From a virus (taxonomy: Duplodnaviria > Caudoviricetes), in IMG/VR virus record IMGVR_UViG_3300026549_000054, positions 1 to 64,000 of that record: a stretch of DNA of 64,000 nucleotides; one strand, written 5' to 3'. The notes beneath the pieces are model-generated. The model was given only the letters and a program-made list of their open reading frames with translations. It had not been told where the DNA came from and made no database searches. Shown one piece after another: positions 31,922-40,815 of the stretch (position 1 is the first letter of the stretch; every line of letters begins with the position of its first letter). Position numbers and translations under genes: made by a program.

Positions 31922-33409
31922 TTATATAATTTCGTTATTTTCTGTTGAAATTTGAGAAACCCAAGGAGCATTTTTAACAACTGTTCCATTGAGTTCAGCA
32001 TCTTTTGTTCCAAAGAATAGATTATCACTGAAATCTCCGAAACCCTTCAAATTTTTGTGTTCCAAAATAAATGTTCCACCTAATGTAGCAGTTTCCACAA
32101 CTTTTCCGTTTTGGATTTTTCCTTCTTTTACTATATAGTTTGGGTCATAATAAATCTGGTAAATTCTATCACCATTTACATCAGGTTCCAAATTACCTTG
32201 TAGCCAGTCACCGCTATTTGCCGTTACTTGCCAGTACTTGAGCGAAGGACCCGTTTTACCAAGTGGGTTTGTGGTGTAGTCATACCAACTTACTGGGGCA
32301 GTACCGCTAAGGGGCGTCAAATACTGGTTTATCACTGAATATATGGCACTGGTTTCGTCATTTCGGATAGTTTTTGTTAATAAAAGTTTACTTCCGGTCG
32401 GATAATTGGTAATATCTGGTAATTCTTCATAAAGATATTTGTAGTCCCAGCCCAAAACGGCAGATGTTGCTGGGTCTTTTACGGCAGTTGGAGCAGGTTG
32501 TTCTGTAAATGGCAACATAGCGGAAACTCTACCTATTTTTGTACCGAATTGGTAATCAAAATCGTGACGAGAAACGAAACTTCCATCATAGTTACCAGCC
32601 ATTCTTTCTTTCCAGTAATCTTTATCACCATTTACGCCGAGCTTTGTAATAATTTCGTCAATCACATAGGTTTCTCTAATTGGTTTATATAACCACGCTT
32701 CTACACTGAATGAAAAAGATACAGTAATTTCTCGTTTATCTTCTTCACCGAAATCTTGTGTCATTTCTATATTAGAACTTTCACACTTCATTTTAATAGA
32801 ACGGCGCTTGTTAATAAACCAAAACTCCTTCAAATCAAAATATGCTTCAGGAGCGAAACGAACTAAAATTTGTTCTAAAATTTGGTTAGCATCAGATATA
32901 TGTTCTGTTTTGGCTTCCATAGTAATTGTTAAATTATATGGAACTGGGTGAACATCAGCCCAAAACTTGTTAGCCATTAAATAGTCAATACCATTTACTT
33001 CAAAGTATTTGTTGTAGAAACCTCTTGACTCACCAGCACCTGAGTATCTATCAGACGCAAAGGCTATATTCTCAATTCTGTAAGTCATATTTGGTAATTG
33101 TATATAATACTTCTTACCACTTTCCTGTTCCACTCTAAAATCGTGGGACTTCATTCTAGGTCCATATTTCAAAGGAACCTGAATCTGCTTAATTGGTTCG
33201 CCTTTTTCATCATAACGAATAACATAAAGGTCATTAAAGAAATTACCGAAACCTACAATAACAGAACGTATTGTATCGGCGAAGAAATAATTAGCAGGAT
33301 AACCACCACGTGGATGTCCATCAATCCAACCTTTCTTGAACTGATGGGTTGATGGGTCATAAACAGGGTCATTTATTTTATCAGGTGTATTTTGCGTCCA
33401 ATTACTCAT
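31922..33409 (-). CDS. gp15: tail sheath stabiliser/terminator (T4 gp15-like) with C-terminal extension
   Basis: YFFADTIRSVIVGFGNFFNDL, VPLKYGP, PVPYNL, QILEQILVRF, WLYKP. Confidence 0.9.
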   Translation of the reverse strand: MSNWTQNTPDKINDPVYDPSTHQFKKGWIDGHPRGGYPANYFFADTIRSVIVGFGNFFNDLYVIRYDEKGEPIKQIQVPLKYGPRMKSHDFRVEQESGKKYYIQLPNMTYRIENIAFASDRYSGAGESRGFYNKYFEVNGIDYLMANKFWADVHPVPYNLTITMEAKTEHISDANQILEQILVRFAPEAYFDLKEFWFINKRRSIKMKCESSNIEMTQDFGEEDKREITVSFSFSVEAWLYKPIRETYVIDEIITKLGVNGDKDYWKERMAGNYDGSFVSRHDFDYQFGTKIGRVSAMLPFTEQPAPTAVKDPATSAVLGWDYKYLYEELPDITNYPTGSKLLLTKTIRNDETSAIYSVINQYLTPLSGTAPVSWYDYTTNPLGKTGPSLKYWQVTANSGDWLQGNLEPDVNGDRIYQIYYDPNYIVKEGKIQNGKVVETATLGGTFILEHKNLKGFGDFSDNLFFGTKDAELNGTVVKNAPWVSQISTENNEII

Positions 33410-33419
33410 ATTGTATTTA

Positions 33420-34157
33420 TTATTTTGAGTGTATATTCATATAATTTACAATTCTATTTACTTTGTTCATATCTATATCAAAATTATATTTGCTTTTCAT
33501 ATAATTAACCAAGTTCATAAAGATTTCTGCTTTATAGTCACCTATATGTTTGTATAAAGCTGTATCATTATCAGAACATTCATAATCAAATTCTAAAGGT
33601 AAACATAAAGAAATATCAGTTGTTATCTTTATATTGTTTTTCAATAAAAATACATTCAACCAGCATTCATCGCATTTCGGTGAATACTCTAATCTATCAT
33701 TTAAATACTTTATATTGTATGCTTCTATTGGAAATGTTTTAGGTGGAATTATACACTGACCACAAAAACCCAAATCTACATTTTCGTATTTTTGTTCTAC
33801 TCTTGGAATATACAAATTAGTTATATACTTACAATTTACAGACTGTTCTACCAAATCATTAGGGTATCTTTTATCTTCATCTAATGAAATTACAACATCG
33901 TCATAATGTTCAGGATAAACTCTCCATCTCTTATGGCAGTATTCGTTATTTGCAATCCACTTCAAAATAACACCATATTTCTGTATGGCTACAAGTAGTT
34001 CAAGGGGCAAAATATGGTCTGGAAATTCTTCGGTAGCAAGCCATAGATAAAATAAATCAGGTTTCTTTGTTTGTGTAGCAAAGAAATAGTCCAAAAAGAT
34101 AGGCATTTGATTTATTCGTTTAGTCCAGCAAGTCATTGTTACTACAGTCTTCATCAT
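33420..34157 (-). CDS. putative glycosyltransferase
   Basis: VVTMTCWTKRI...PDLFYLWL..EEFP, HK, ISLDEDKRYP, DECW motifs. Confidence 0.7.
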   Translation of the reverse strand: MMKTVVTMTCWTKRINQMPIFLDYFFATQTKKPDLFYLWLATEEFPDHILPLELLVAIQKYGVILKWIANNEYCHKRWRVYPEHYDDVVISLDEDKRYPNDLVEQSVNCKYITNLYIPRVEQKYENVDLGFCGQCIIPPKTFPIEAYNIKYLNDRLEYSPKCDECWLNVFLLKNNIKITTDISLCLPLEFDYECSDNDTALYKHIGDYKAEIFMNLVNYMKSKYNFDIDMNKVNRIVNYMNIHSK

Positions 34158-34476
34158 CTACCTCAATAATATAAAATTTGTTTAAAATATAATCATTGTT
34201 GAAATGTTCAAGCTGCCATTTCAAATCAAAACATTCATCTCTGATTAAGTTCTTTCTTCTTTCTTCTAATTGGTAATAATCACTTGTTTTTATTTCTGTA
34301 TTACCAAATCTTAATACAGCTTTATCCATTCGTTCAGTTATTTCTCTATAAAGCCTTTGATAGTTTTCATTTTTGCTGATAAAATATGAATCAGGCAAAA
34401 GATTTATTCTATATTTTATTTTACCTGTGCGTTCATATAATTTTTGTATCTCAAAACCTTGTAATGTCTTAATCAT
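34120..34476 (-). CDS. hypothetical protein
   Basis: ORF coupled within the glycosyltransferase/radical SAM operon. Confidence 0.5.
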   Translation of the reverse strand: MIKTLQGFEIQKLYERTGKIKYRINLLPDSYFISKNENYQRLYREITERMDKAVLRFGNTEIKTSDYYQLEERRKNLIRDECFDLKWQLEHFNNDYILNKFYIIEVDDEDCSNNDLLD

Positions 34477-35582
34477 TATGTCATTACCACATTTATTTTT
34501 CTTGACTTATAAAATACAATTTCATTTATCTTTTCAATTATATCTTTTTTGTAAGTTTCATCAGTGATGACACATTCTCTGTCATTATCCTTTAATCTAG
34601 GTTTAGCAAAAGCAAATGCGACTTCTTCAAAACCAAGATTTTCTGCGAAATCTATAAAATCCATAGTGTCTTTATAATTGTATTTAGAAATCGTAAAGCA
34701 AGAAGCCATTTTTACATTGTAATTTTCTTTTAAATACTTTATATTCTTTAAAAGATTATCCCATTGGTTATTATTGTTAGCTCTGACTAACTTATAAGTT
34801 TCTTTTGTGGCTGCGTCAATAGAAATTCTAACTTCTTTTATAATGTTCCAGTTATTTTGGTGAATTTCCTTCAATCGTTTTTCTGTCATACAAGTTCCAT
34901 TAGTGAAAATTTCAACATTTTCTAGTTCACTATCTTTTGTTAAATCTTCACTGAGAATTTTCATATAGATTTTACTGAAAAATGTTTCGCCATCACAACC
35001 AATTTTCAATCTTTTTACTGATTTGATTTTCTTTACGATTTTTTCGTAATCTTCAGTTGTTAAATCTGGTTCTTTTGTGATAAAATCTTTTCTACAAGTC
35101 TTACATTTCAAATTACAAACTTCGGAAATGTTCAAATTTATAGAATACAAAGGATAATCATCAATTTTGTCCTTATTGTAATAGTATCTCTTACCATACA
35201 ATCCATATTCTTCTATAAATGACTTCCAATTATAGAACGCACTATCCGAACCTTGTTTATAGTTTTGGTATTTGGAACACTTGGAACAATTAGAATAGTC
35301 TTCTTTGATTACATTACTCTTAAAAGACTTGATTTTTTCACTGTCAAACAATTCATCAAAATCGTCTGTGTGAATTTCAAAGTTTTTATCATCTAAAAAA
35401 CATAAACAGGGTTTCGTGTAAAAACGATAACCTTTATCATTGTCAAAACTGTATCTAAGTATATTTTGGTTGATAATTGGTTCTACACAGAAATGATTAT
35501 ACATTAAATCAGCATACGAAATATCAGGTAAAGACTCTTTACCTGTGTAAGGACTAATTATTGAAATATCTAATTCATTCAT
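34476..35582 (-). CDS. radical SAM protein with N-terminal Cys-rich (SPASM-like) region
   Basis: CNLKCKTC, GET, FTNGT, ISIDAATKETY. Confidence 0.85.
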   Translation of the reverse strand: MNELDISIISPYTGKESLPDISYADLMYNHFCVEPIINQNILRYSFDNDKGYRFYTKPCLCFLDDKNFEIHTDDFDELFDSEKIKSFKSNVIKEDYSNCSKCSKYQNYKQGSDSAFYNWKSFIEEYGLYGKRYYYNKDKIDDYPLYSINLNISEVCNLKCKTCRKDFITKEPDLTTEDYEKIVKKIKSVKRLKIGCDGETFFSKIYMKILSEDLTKDSELENVEIFTNGTCMTEKRLKEIHQNNWNIIKEVRISIDAATKETYKLVRANNNNQWDNLLKNIKYLKENYNVKMASCFTISKYNYKDTMDFIDFAENLGFEEVAFAFAKPRLKDNDRECVITDETYKKDIIEKINEIVFYKSRKINVVMT

Positions 35583-36447
35583 TGTTAAATATACTCAAAT
35601 CTAATTCATTTGTCTGTTTGTTTGTGTTAAATGGATTTACATACTCAGTATATCCAATAGAAATTGTGGCAGGTTGTTTGAAAGTCTTAATATATTTTTC
35701 TTTTAAATTCTTATATGCTCTATTATCACAACTTGGACCAGTCATTTTTATTTCCCATTCTTCTAAACTTCGTTGTAGATAATGGAATAATTTAACATCA
35801 GCATTTCTAAAATCAACATATATATGTGAATCTACTATATCATTTGTATAATATACTTTATCATCATACCATAATTTGTAATTACCATCTATATCAGTAA
35901 AATAATGAACATAAGAATAAACGGCTGAACTCTTTGTTGAAACTATGGATTTAAAGCAAGTATCTTTTTTGTTATTTTGAAAATATGATGGATAAGTATA
36001 ATGACAATCTTCAATCATACTATTACTTCGTTTATATGGTCTTTCATTATCTTTGTATGAAATGTATTGCCAAGGTAAAATATATTGTTCTATATTCTCT
36101 TTATCCAAATAATTACAAAATTCGTGTAAATTCTTATATTTCTTACTATTCAACCACAGATATTCGTCATCATCTAAACATAAAATATAATCATAGTCAT
36201 TTTTATGCTGATTATAGAAATCAGTGTATATTTTATGTTGTGGATTTTTACAAATATAATCTTCGTCAATGAATGTATAAAAAACATTTGTGAATTTATC
36301 ACAAATGCTCTTTATATCTGATTTACTTTCATTATCATACACAAAAATATCAGTAACACCAATGCTAGTATAGTGTTTAATATATCGCTGCATATCTATT
36401 GGCAACTGATATCTGGTAATTAAACATAAAGCAATTCTATAATTCAT
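35575..36447 (-). CDS. glycosyltransferase (GT2/GT92-like)
   Basis: YDNES, LCLDDDEYL, KSIV, FHYLQRSLEEW; paralog of 9463..10257. Confidence 0.85.
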   Translation of the reverse strand: MNYRIALCLITRYQLPIDMQRYIKHYTSIGVTDIFVYDNESKSDIKSICDKFTNVFYTFIDEDYICKNPQHKIYTDFYNQHKNDYDYILCLDDDEYLWLNSKKYKNLHEFCNYLDKENIEQYILPWQYISYKDNERPYKRSNSMIEDCHYTYPSYFQNNKKDTCFKSIVSTKSSAVYSYVHYFTDIDGNYKLWYDDKVYYTNDIVDSHIYVDFRNADVKLFHYLQRSLEEWEIKMTGPSCDNRAYKNLKEKYIKTFKQPATISIGYTEYVNPFNTNKQTNELDLSIFNNE

Positions 36448-37919
36448 TAGACCTTCAACATTCTATCACGATAGAAAGGTTTGAGTTTATCCAATTCACG
36501 AATTACAACATTTTCAATATGGGCAATATCATTTTCCAAATCTTTAATGTGTGCTGTGAAATCGGTAATGTCTTGCTTGATTTTGTTCTGGTCTGTTTTC
36601 TGTAAACTAATAACCTTTTGGTCGCAAATATATTTTGCGGCATCATTAGCAAATGATTTACCTTTCAAACCAGGCATATTTTCCGCAATATACTTAATTG
36701 GGTCTTTTTCTTCCAATCCCTTTACTACAACCTTTAGATTTTGTGAAGCAAGAAGTCTCCAATTCATTTTTTGTTTCTTGTCCTCGTAGATGTTCTTTTC
36801 TACTTCGCACATTTTTGTTTCAACTTCTTTTCTCCAGTCAATCCACTTGTTCATTAGTTCAATCATATTAGGAATTAGAACTTTTGTATCTACGTCCTTA
36901 GAAACATCCTTAGACTTTGTTCGTTCAATCGCATAGTAACGATATGATTCACTCTTAATCAAGTGCTTGTGGATTTTGCTTTCAAAATCTGCTTCGCTCT
37001 TTAACATAACTTCCAACTTACAAGCTTCTGTCTTTGTTGAAGAGTCATTTACATACAAAACAGTTCCGTCATCAATCATTGAAATCATTTTGTTAATGAA
37101 GGAGTTTGGAGAGAAACCAGGACAATAACCTGTAATCGTCAAAAGAACATTCTTTTTATCACGAACAAGTGTGTAATCACATTCATACTTAATTGAGCCT
37201 TCACCTGTTTCGTACAAATGTTCAATTTCTTCAGGAGTAGAAAGGATTTTACCACCATACTTATAATCAGGACCTTTCAAGTATTTCATAATGTCCTTGA
37301 TTTTAGTTTGTTTGCCTTTCTTAACTACAACCTTCATAGCTTCTACAATTTCTTTCAAATTGTGAGCTGGAATGTTACAATTCAAACCAACAGCAATGCC
37401 GGAACATTCGTTAATAAAGAAATTTGGCAAGCGTGTTGTCAATACAATAGGTTCTTTAAATTCGCCTGTATAGTTTGGAATGTAATCTGCAACATCCATA
37501 CATTCCAACATTTTCATACCGATTTGAGAAATCTTTGCTTCTGTATATCTGTCAGCAGCAGGTCCATCTGTCAATGAACCCCAGTTACCTTGACCATGAA
37601 TAATTGGATATTCGCTTGTTGCCATTGTTACTAGAGAACCATAAGCAGAACCGTGTGGGTGATACTTACCCATACAATCACCTGTAATTCTTGCTGACTT
37701 AACGGTCTTGTTATCCCAAGTTGCTTTCAATTCTTTGGCTGTCCACATTAGTCTTCTTTGTGCTGGTTTCAATCCATCACGATAGTCAGCCAATGCTCTA
37801 TCTTCCAAAACATCCAAACCATAAACTTCCATATTCTTATGGAGCATCTGGTCTGTGCCTAAGGTTTTTCCGTCTGTTTCGTTTTCAAAAAAATTGTCTA
37901 TATTGCTTTGTTTTTTCAT
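36447..37919 (-). CDS. gyrA: type II DNA topoisomerase subunit A (GyrA/ParC-like, no C-terminal pinwheel)
   Basis: RALADYRDGLKPAQRR, KSARITGD, YHPHG, GQGNWGS, AADRYTE (catalytic Tyr), GIAVG..NIPAHN. Confidence 0.93.
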   Translation of the reverse strand: MKKQSNIDNFFENETDGKTLGTDQMLHKNMEVYGLDVLEDRALADYRDGLKPAQRRLMWTAKELKATWDNKTVKSARITGDCMGKYHPHGSAYGSLVTMATSEYPIIHGQGNWGSLTDGPAADRYTEAKISQIGMKMLECMDVADYIPNYTGEFKEPIVLTTRLPNFFINECSGIAVGLNCNIPAHNLKEIVEAMKVVVKKGKQTKIKDIMKYLKGPDYKYGGKILSTPEEIEHLYETGEGSIKYECDYTLVRDKKNVLLTITGYCPGFSPNSFINKMISMIDDGTVLYVNDSSTKTEACKLEVMLKSEADFESKIHKHLIKSESYRYYAIERTKSKDVSKDVDTKVLIPNMIELMNKWIDWRKEVETKMCEVEKNIYEDKKQKMNWRLLASQNLKVVVKGLEEKDPIKYIAENMPGLKGKSFANDAAKYICDQKVISLQKTDQNKIKQDITDFTAHIKDLENDIAHIENVVIRELDKLKPFYRDRMLKV

Positions 37920-37961
37920 ATTATCTCGCTTATATTACATTTGTTTGGAATGTATTTATAA

Positions 37962-38354
37962 TCAAAAATCTTTACTCAACTTTTTCTCTTTGTCAGCTAG
38001 TTCTTCTTTCTTGTGTAACAGAATTGCTTTATCTATAATTGTCTTCTGCAAATCACACCAGTTTCTAAAATTTTCTAAACCTGAAAAACCTTTACAGTCA
38101 TTATTATATACAAATTCCGAAGATTCATTTGAAGTAAAACTTTCTTTTCCATTAGGAAATAAAGTATAAGAAATCGTATTAAACTTTATTCTATAACATT
38201 CATATAAAGTAACAAAAACTACCCTTGGGCTTGGTCTTCGTTTGCAAGGATTGTTTAATGAAAATGTTTTAAACTTTGGGTCTTTGTTTGTGTTATTAAA
38301 CCCAAATTCCCTTAAAATATCTTCTAGCTGTGGTTGTAATTCATTCCAATTCAT
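37962..38354 (-). CDS. small protein, C-terminal 'DF' family
   Basis: Ends KEKKLSKDF. Confidence 0.6.
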   Translation of the reverse strand: MNWNELQPQLEDILREFGFNNTNKDPKFKTFSLNNPCKRRPSPRVVFVTLYECYRIKFNTISYTLFPNGKESFTSNESSEFVYNNDCKGFSGLENFRNWCDLQKTIIDKAILLHKKEELADKEKKLSKDF

Positions 38355-38371
38355 ACAACAAATATAATAAG

Positions 38372-38396
38372 AAATCCCACTTTGTGTGGGATTTTT
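38372..38396 (-). terminator. Rho-independent terminator
   Basis: AAATCCCAC-N5-GTGGGATTT. Confidence 0.7.
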
Positions 38397-38411
38397 TATT
38401 TTTTGAAACTG

Positions 38412-38678
38412 CTAGAAGTCTTCTTTCATTTTATTAAGTTTGATTCTTTCTTTTAATTTGTTCGCATACAAATTGAAAATTCCTTCTGTCATATTTGCTA
38501 TAATGTTTCTGGGAATTACAATTCGGTCATTCAATGAGGCTAGTTCTTGATAACTATAACCAGCATTTATTTTGTCATCGTGTTCGTCATAATAGAGAAC
38601 AAACTTATCTTTTTCGCTAATTCTCCCATTCAAAATGCTAAAGACTTTTACTGCTTGCTCATAAGGTATTACATTCAT
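38412..38678 (-). CDS. small protein, C-terminal 'DF' family
   Basis: Ends KLNKMKEDF. Confidence 0.6.
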   Translation of the reverse strand: MNVIPYEQAVKVFSILNGRISEKDKFVLYYDEHDDKINAGYSYQELASLNDRIVIPRNIIANMTEGIFNLYANKLKERIKLNKMKEDF

Positions 38679-38983
38679 TAAAAATCTTCCTGAACATTGT
38701 GTAGTCTAATCATCATCTTAATTTCATTTACCAAGTGGAAATACTTAAATTCTGTAAAGTTCTTAAAATCTTTGTTTGAAATCGTGATAAAGATACAACC
38801 ATCTTCCAGGTTCTTCTTTACATTCCGCTTCAAATTCATACCACCAGTAATTTCGTTGGTAACCGGACGATACACAATAGTAAGTACATTCTTCTTGAAA
38901 TCGGCACTCTTTGTATTTTCTGTAAGAATTTTATTTACATTCTTAAAGGAGTTAATCTTGAGGTTGTTGAGAGAAATGAGCAT
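38678..38983 (-). CDS. small protein, C-terminal 'DF' family
   Basis: Ends RLHNVQEDF. Confidence 0.6.
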   Translation of the reverse strand: MLISLNNLKINSFKNVNKILTENTKSADFKKNVLTIVYRPVTNEITGGMNLKRNVKKNLEDGCIFITISNKDFKNFTEFKYFHLVNEIKMMIRLHNVQEDF

Positions 38984-39399
38984 TAGAAGTCCTCCGCCAT
39001 AGATTTGAATTTTGTTACCTGTTTTGTGAGTGTTTCAGCCCTGATGGCTGCTTTAGCATTGTTCGCTAAAATTTCTTTGATTTGGGAAATCGTCAAGCGT
39101 TCCTTAGTTAAATCGTAAACCTTGACACCATACTTATTTTCAAAATTTTTACAATTTTCAACTGTAACTTCTTCACTGAGAAGTGCGGAAAAATCATAGA
39201 GAGTAGCTTCGTATTTGCTGTACATAAAAATTATTTTGTTTGCCAAGAAGCTATTTTCCGACCACTTGTAAGACCAAACGCGGTTAATAATTTCATCAGT
39301 AGAATAATCTACATTCGTTTTTTCGTCAAAGAACGCGGCGTAAACTTTCATTTCGTTTAGAATCGCTGCGAAATTATATACACTGGGGAAGTTCTTCAT
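38983..39399 (-). CDS. small protein, C-terminal 'DF' family
   Basis: Ends KFKSMAEDF. Confidence 0.6.
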   Translation of the reverse strand: MKNFPSVYNFAAILNEMKVYAAFFDEKTNVDYSTDEIINRVWSYKWSENSFLANKIIFMYSKYEATLYDFSALLSEEVTVENCKNFENKYGVKVYDLTKERLTISQIKEILANNAKAAIRAETLTKQVTKFKSMAEDF

Positions 39400-39413
39400 A
39401 TTATTATATATCG

Positions 39414-39755
39414 TTAAATGTGTTCGTTCATTCCATCAACAATCTTTTCAATGGCACCCTGAACATTCAGGCCAGAGCAATCAACGATAGTACCGCCCAT
39501 GTGGTCAGACCAACGAGAACCATCACCATCGTAACCAACCATAACTTCTTCAATCATCATCTGGTGAGTTTTAACTGGGCGAACAGTAATAATAGAAGCA
39601 TTGATGCAGTTACGCAAACCCTGCTTTTCACTGCGGATAGTAACAATCATTTCGTTAATACGGATTTCACAATGAATTCGGTCAAGAATCTTCTTGTTTG
39701 CGGTACCGAAAGCGATAACTAGTTTTTCGTAGAATTTGGAAAGTGTGTTTGCCAT
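39414..39755 (-). CDS. hypothetical early protein
   Basis: SD GAGG; directly downstream of a consensus sigma70-type promoter. Confidence 0.6.
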   Translation of the reverse strand: MANTLSKFYEKLVIAFGTANKKILDRIHCEIRINEMIVTIRSEKQGLRNCINASIITVRPVKTHQMMIEEVMVGYDGDGSRWSDHMGGTIVDCSGLNVQGAIEKIVDGMNEHI

Positions 39756-39787
39756 AGTGTTACCTCTTTATTTCTTTTACACCATAT

Positions 39788-39816
39788 AATATAGTAATTT
39801 TAAACTGCGTTGTCAA
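39788..39816 (-). promoter_or_regulatory. early sigma70-type promoter
   Basis: TTGACA (39816-39811), 17-bp spacer, TATATT (39793-39788). Confidence 0.8.
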
Positions 39817-39904
39817 TTATTTTTGTATAGTTTTATGTAAAAACTTAGTTTACAAAAGGAAAAACCCATTGTTTTTCAATGGGTTTTGTAAATAATTGTT
39901 TACA

Positions 39905-40336
39905 TTAGTCAAAATCTTCGTTCAATTTGTAAGACCTTACTAACATATCCAGCTTTTTTAATGCCAAATCTCTGTTTTCAGCATTTTTTATTTCATTCCA
40001 AACAGGAACTATCTTTTTGAAATCGTCTAAAATTTTGTTTCTGTCAGGATGTAGAAAATCCGTCTGGTATTCAAATTCATTTTTTTTACAATCATTACAA
40101 CTGCTAACTTCTATCGGCATATCTACAGTTGGAAAATCAAAAATGTATTCTAGTTTGATAGAAAAACTATAATTTGCTATATCATATCGTTTTGTAGCAT
40201 TTATTATTAACCTGATGTTATTCTGTTTAGAATAATCAGAAATAAATTCATAAAATGCAGTTTTGTGCTTTTCTAGCATTTTAGAAGCTACATTATCAAA
40301 TTCGTTATAATCTTTATCTAGTTTGTCAATAATCAT
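39905..40336 (-). CDS. small protein, C-terminal 'DF' family
   Basis: Ends YKLNEDFD. Confidence 0.6.
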   Translation of the reverse strand: MIIDKLDKDYNEFDNVASKMLEKHKTAFYEFISDYSKQNNIRLIINATKRYDIANYSFSIKLEYIFDFPTVDMPIEVSSCNDCKKNEFEYQTDFLHPDRNKILDDFKKIVPVWNEIKNAENRDLALKKLDMLVRSYKLNEDFD

Positions 40337-40815
40337 TTTAATTTACCTTCTTTATAAAGTTCGTATAGTTTGTTTATTCCATCTCGCTGAAAACATTTCG
40401 TATAGATTTTTCCATTGTATATTTTGTATAAACTAGAATTAACAAAACAATCAAGGAACTTTTGAACTTCGTTCTTCCATTCAGTTTTAATTCTCATACG
40501 AGGGTCGGATTTAGTTACAATTTTCTTTGCGTGGAAGTATTCAATAAAACAATTATCATTCTCATCATTAGACCAAAACGGTGCTGGATTTGAAGAAAAG
40601 AACTCGTTTATGTTTCCATTCAAATCTATAATGTGAATGTTACCAATACCGATGTCAGGAAAATCTACCCATTCAACATTATTATAAGTAACGTCTCGCA
40701 TAGCCGACAACTGGACAAGTATTATGTTGTTATCAGCATTTAGATTTTTGATAATGCGACAAAACTTGTTCGTATTCGTATATGGAGGGTTACTTAAAAT
40801 AACATCAAATTTCAT
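40333..40815 (-). CDS. truncated/partial N6-adenine DNA methyltransferase-like protein
   Basis: Begins MKFDVILSNPPY (motif IV); no SAM-binding motif I visible. Confidence 0.55.
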   Translation of the reverse strand: MKFDVILSNPPYTNTNKFCRIIKNLNADNNIILVQLSAMRDVTYNNVEWVDFPDIGIGNIHIIDLNGNINEFFSSNPAPFWSNDENDNCFIEYFHAKKIVTKSDPRMRIKTEWKNEVQKFLDCFVNSSLYKIYNGKIYTKCFQRDGINKLYELYKEGKLK

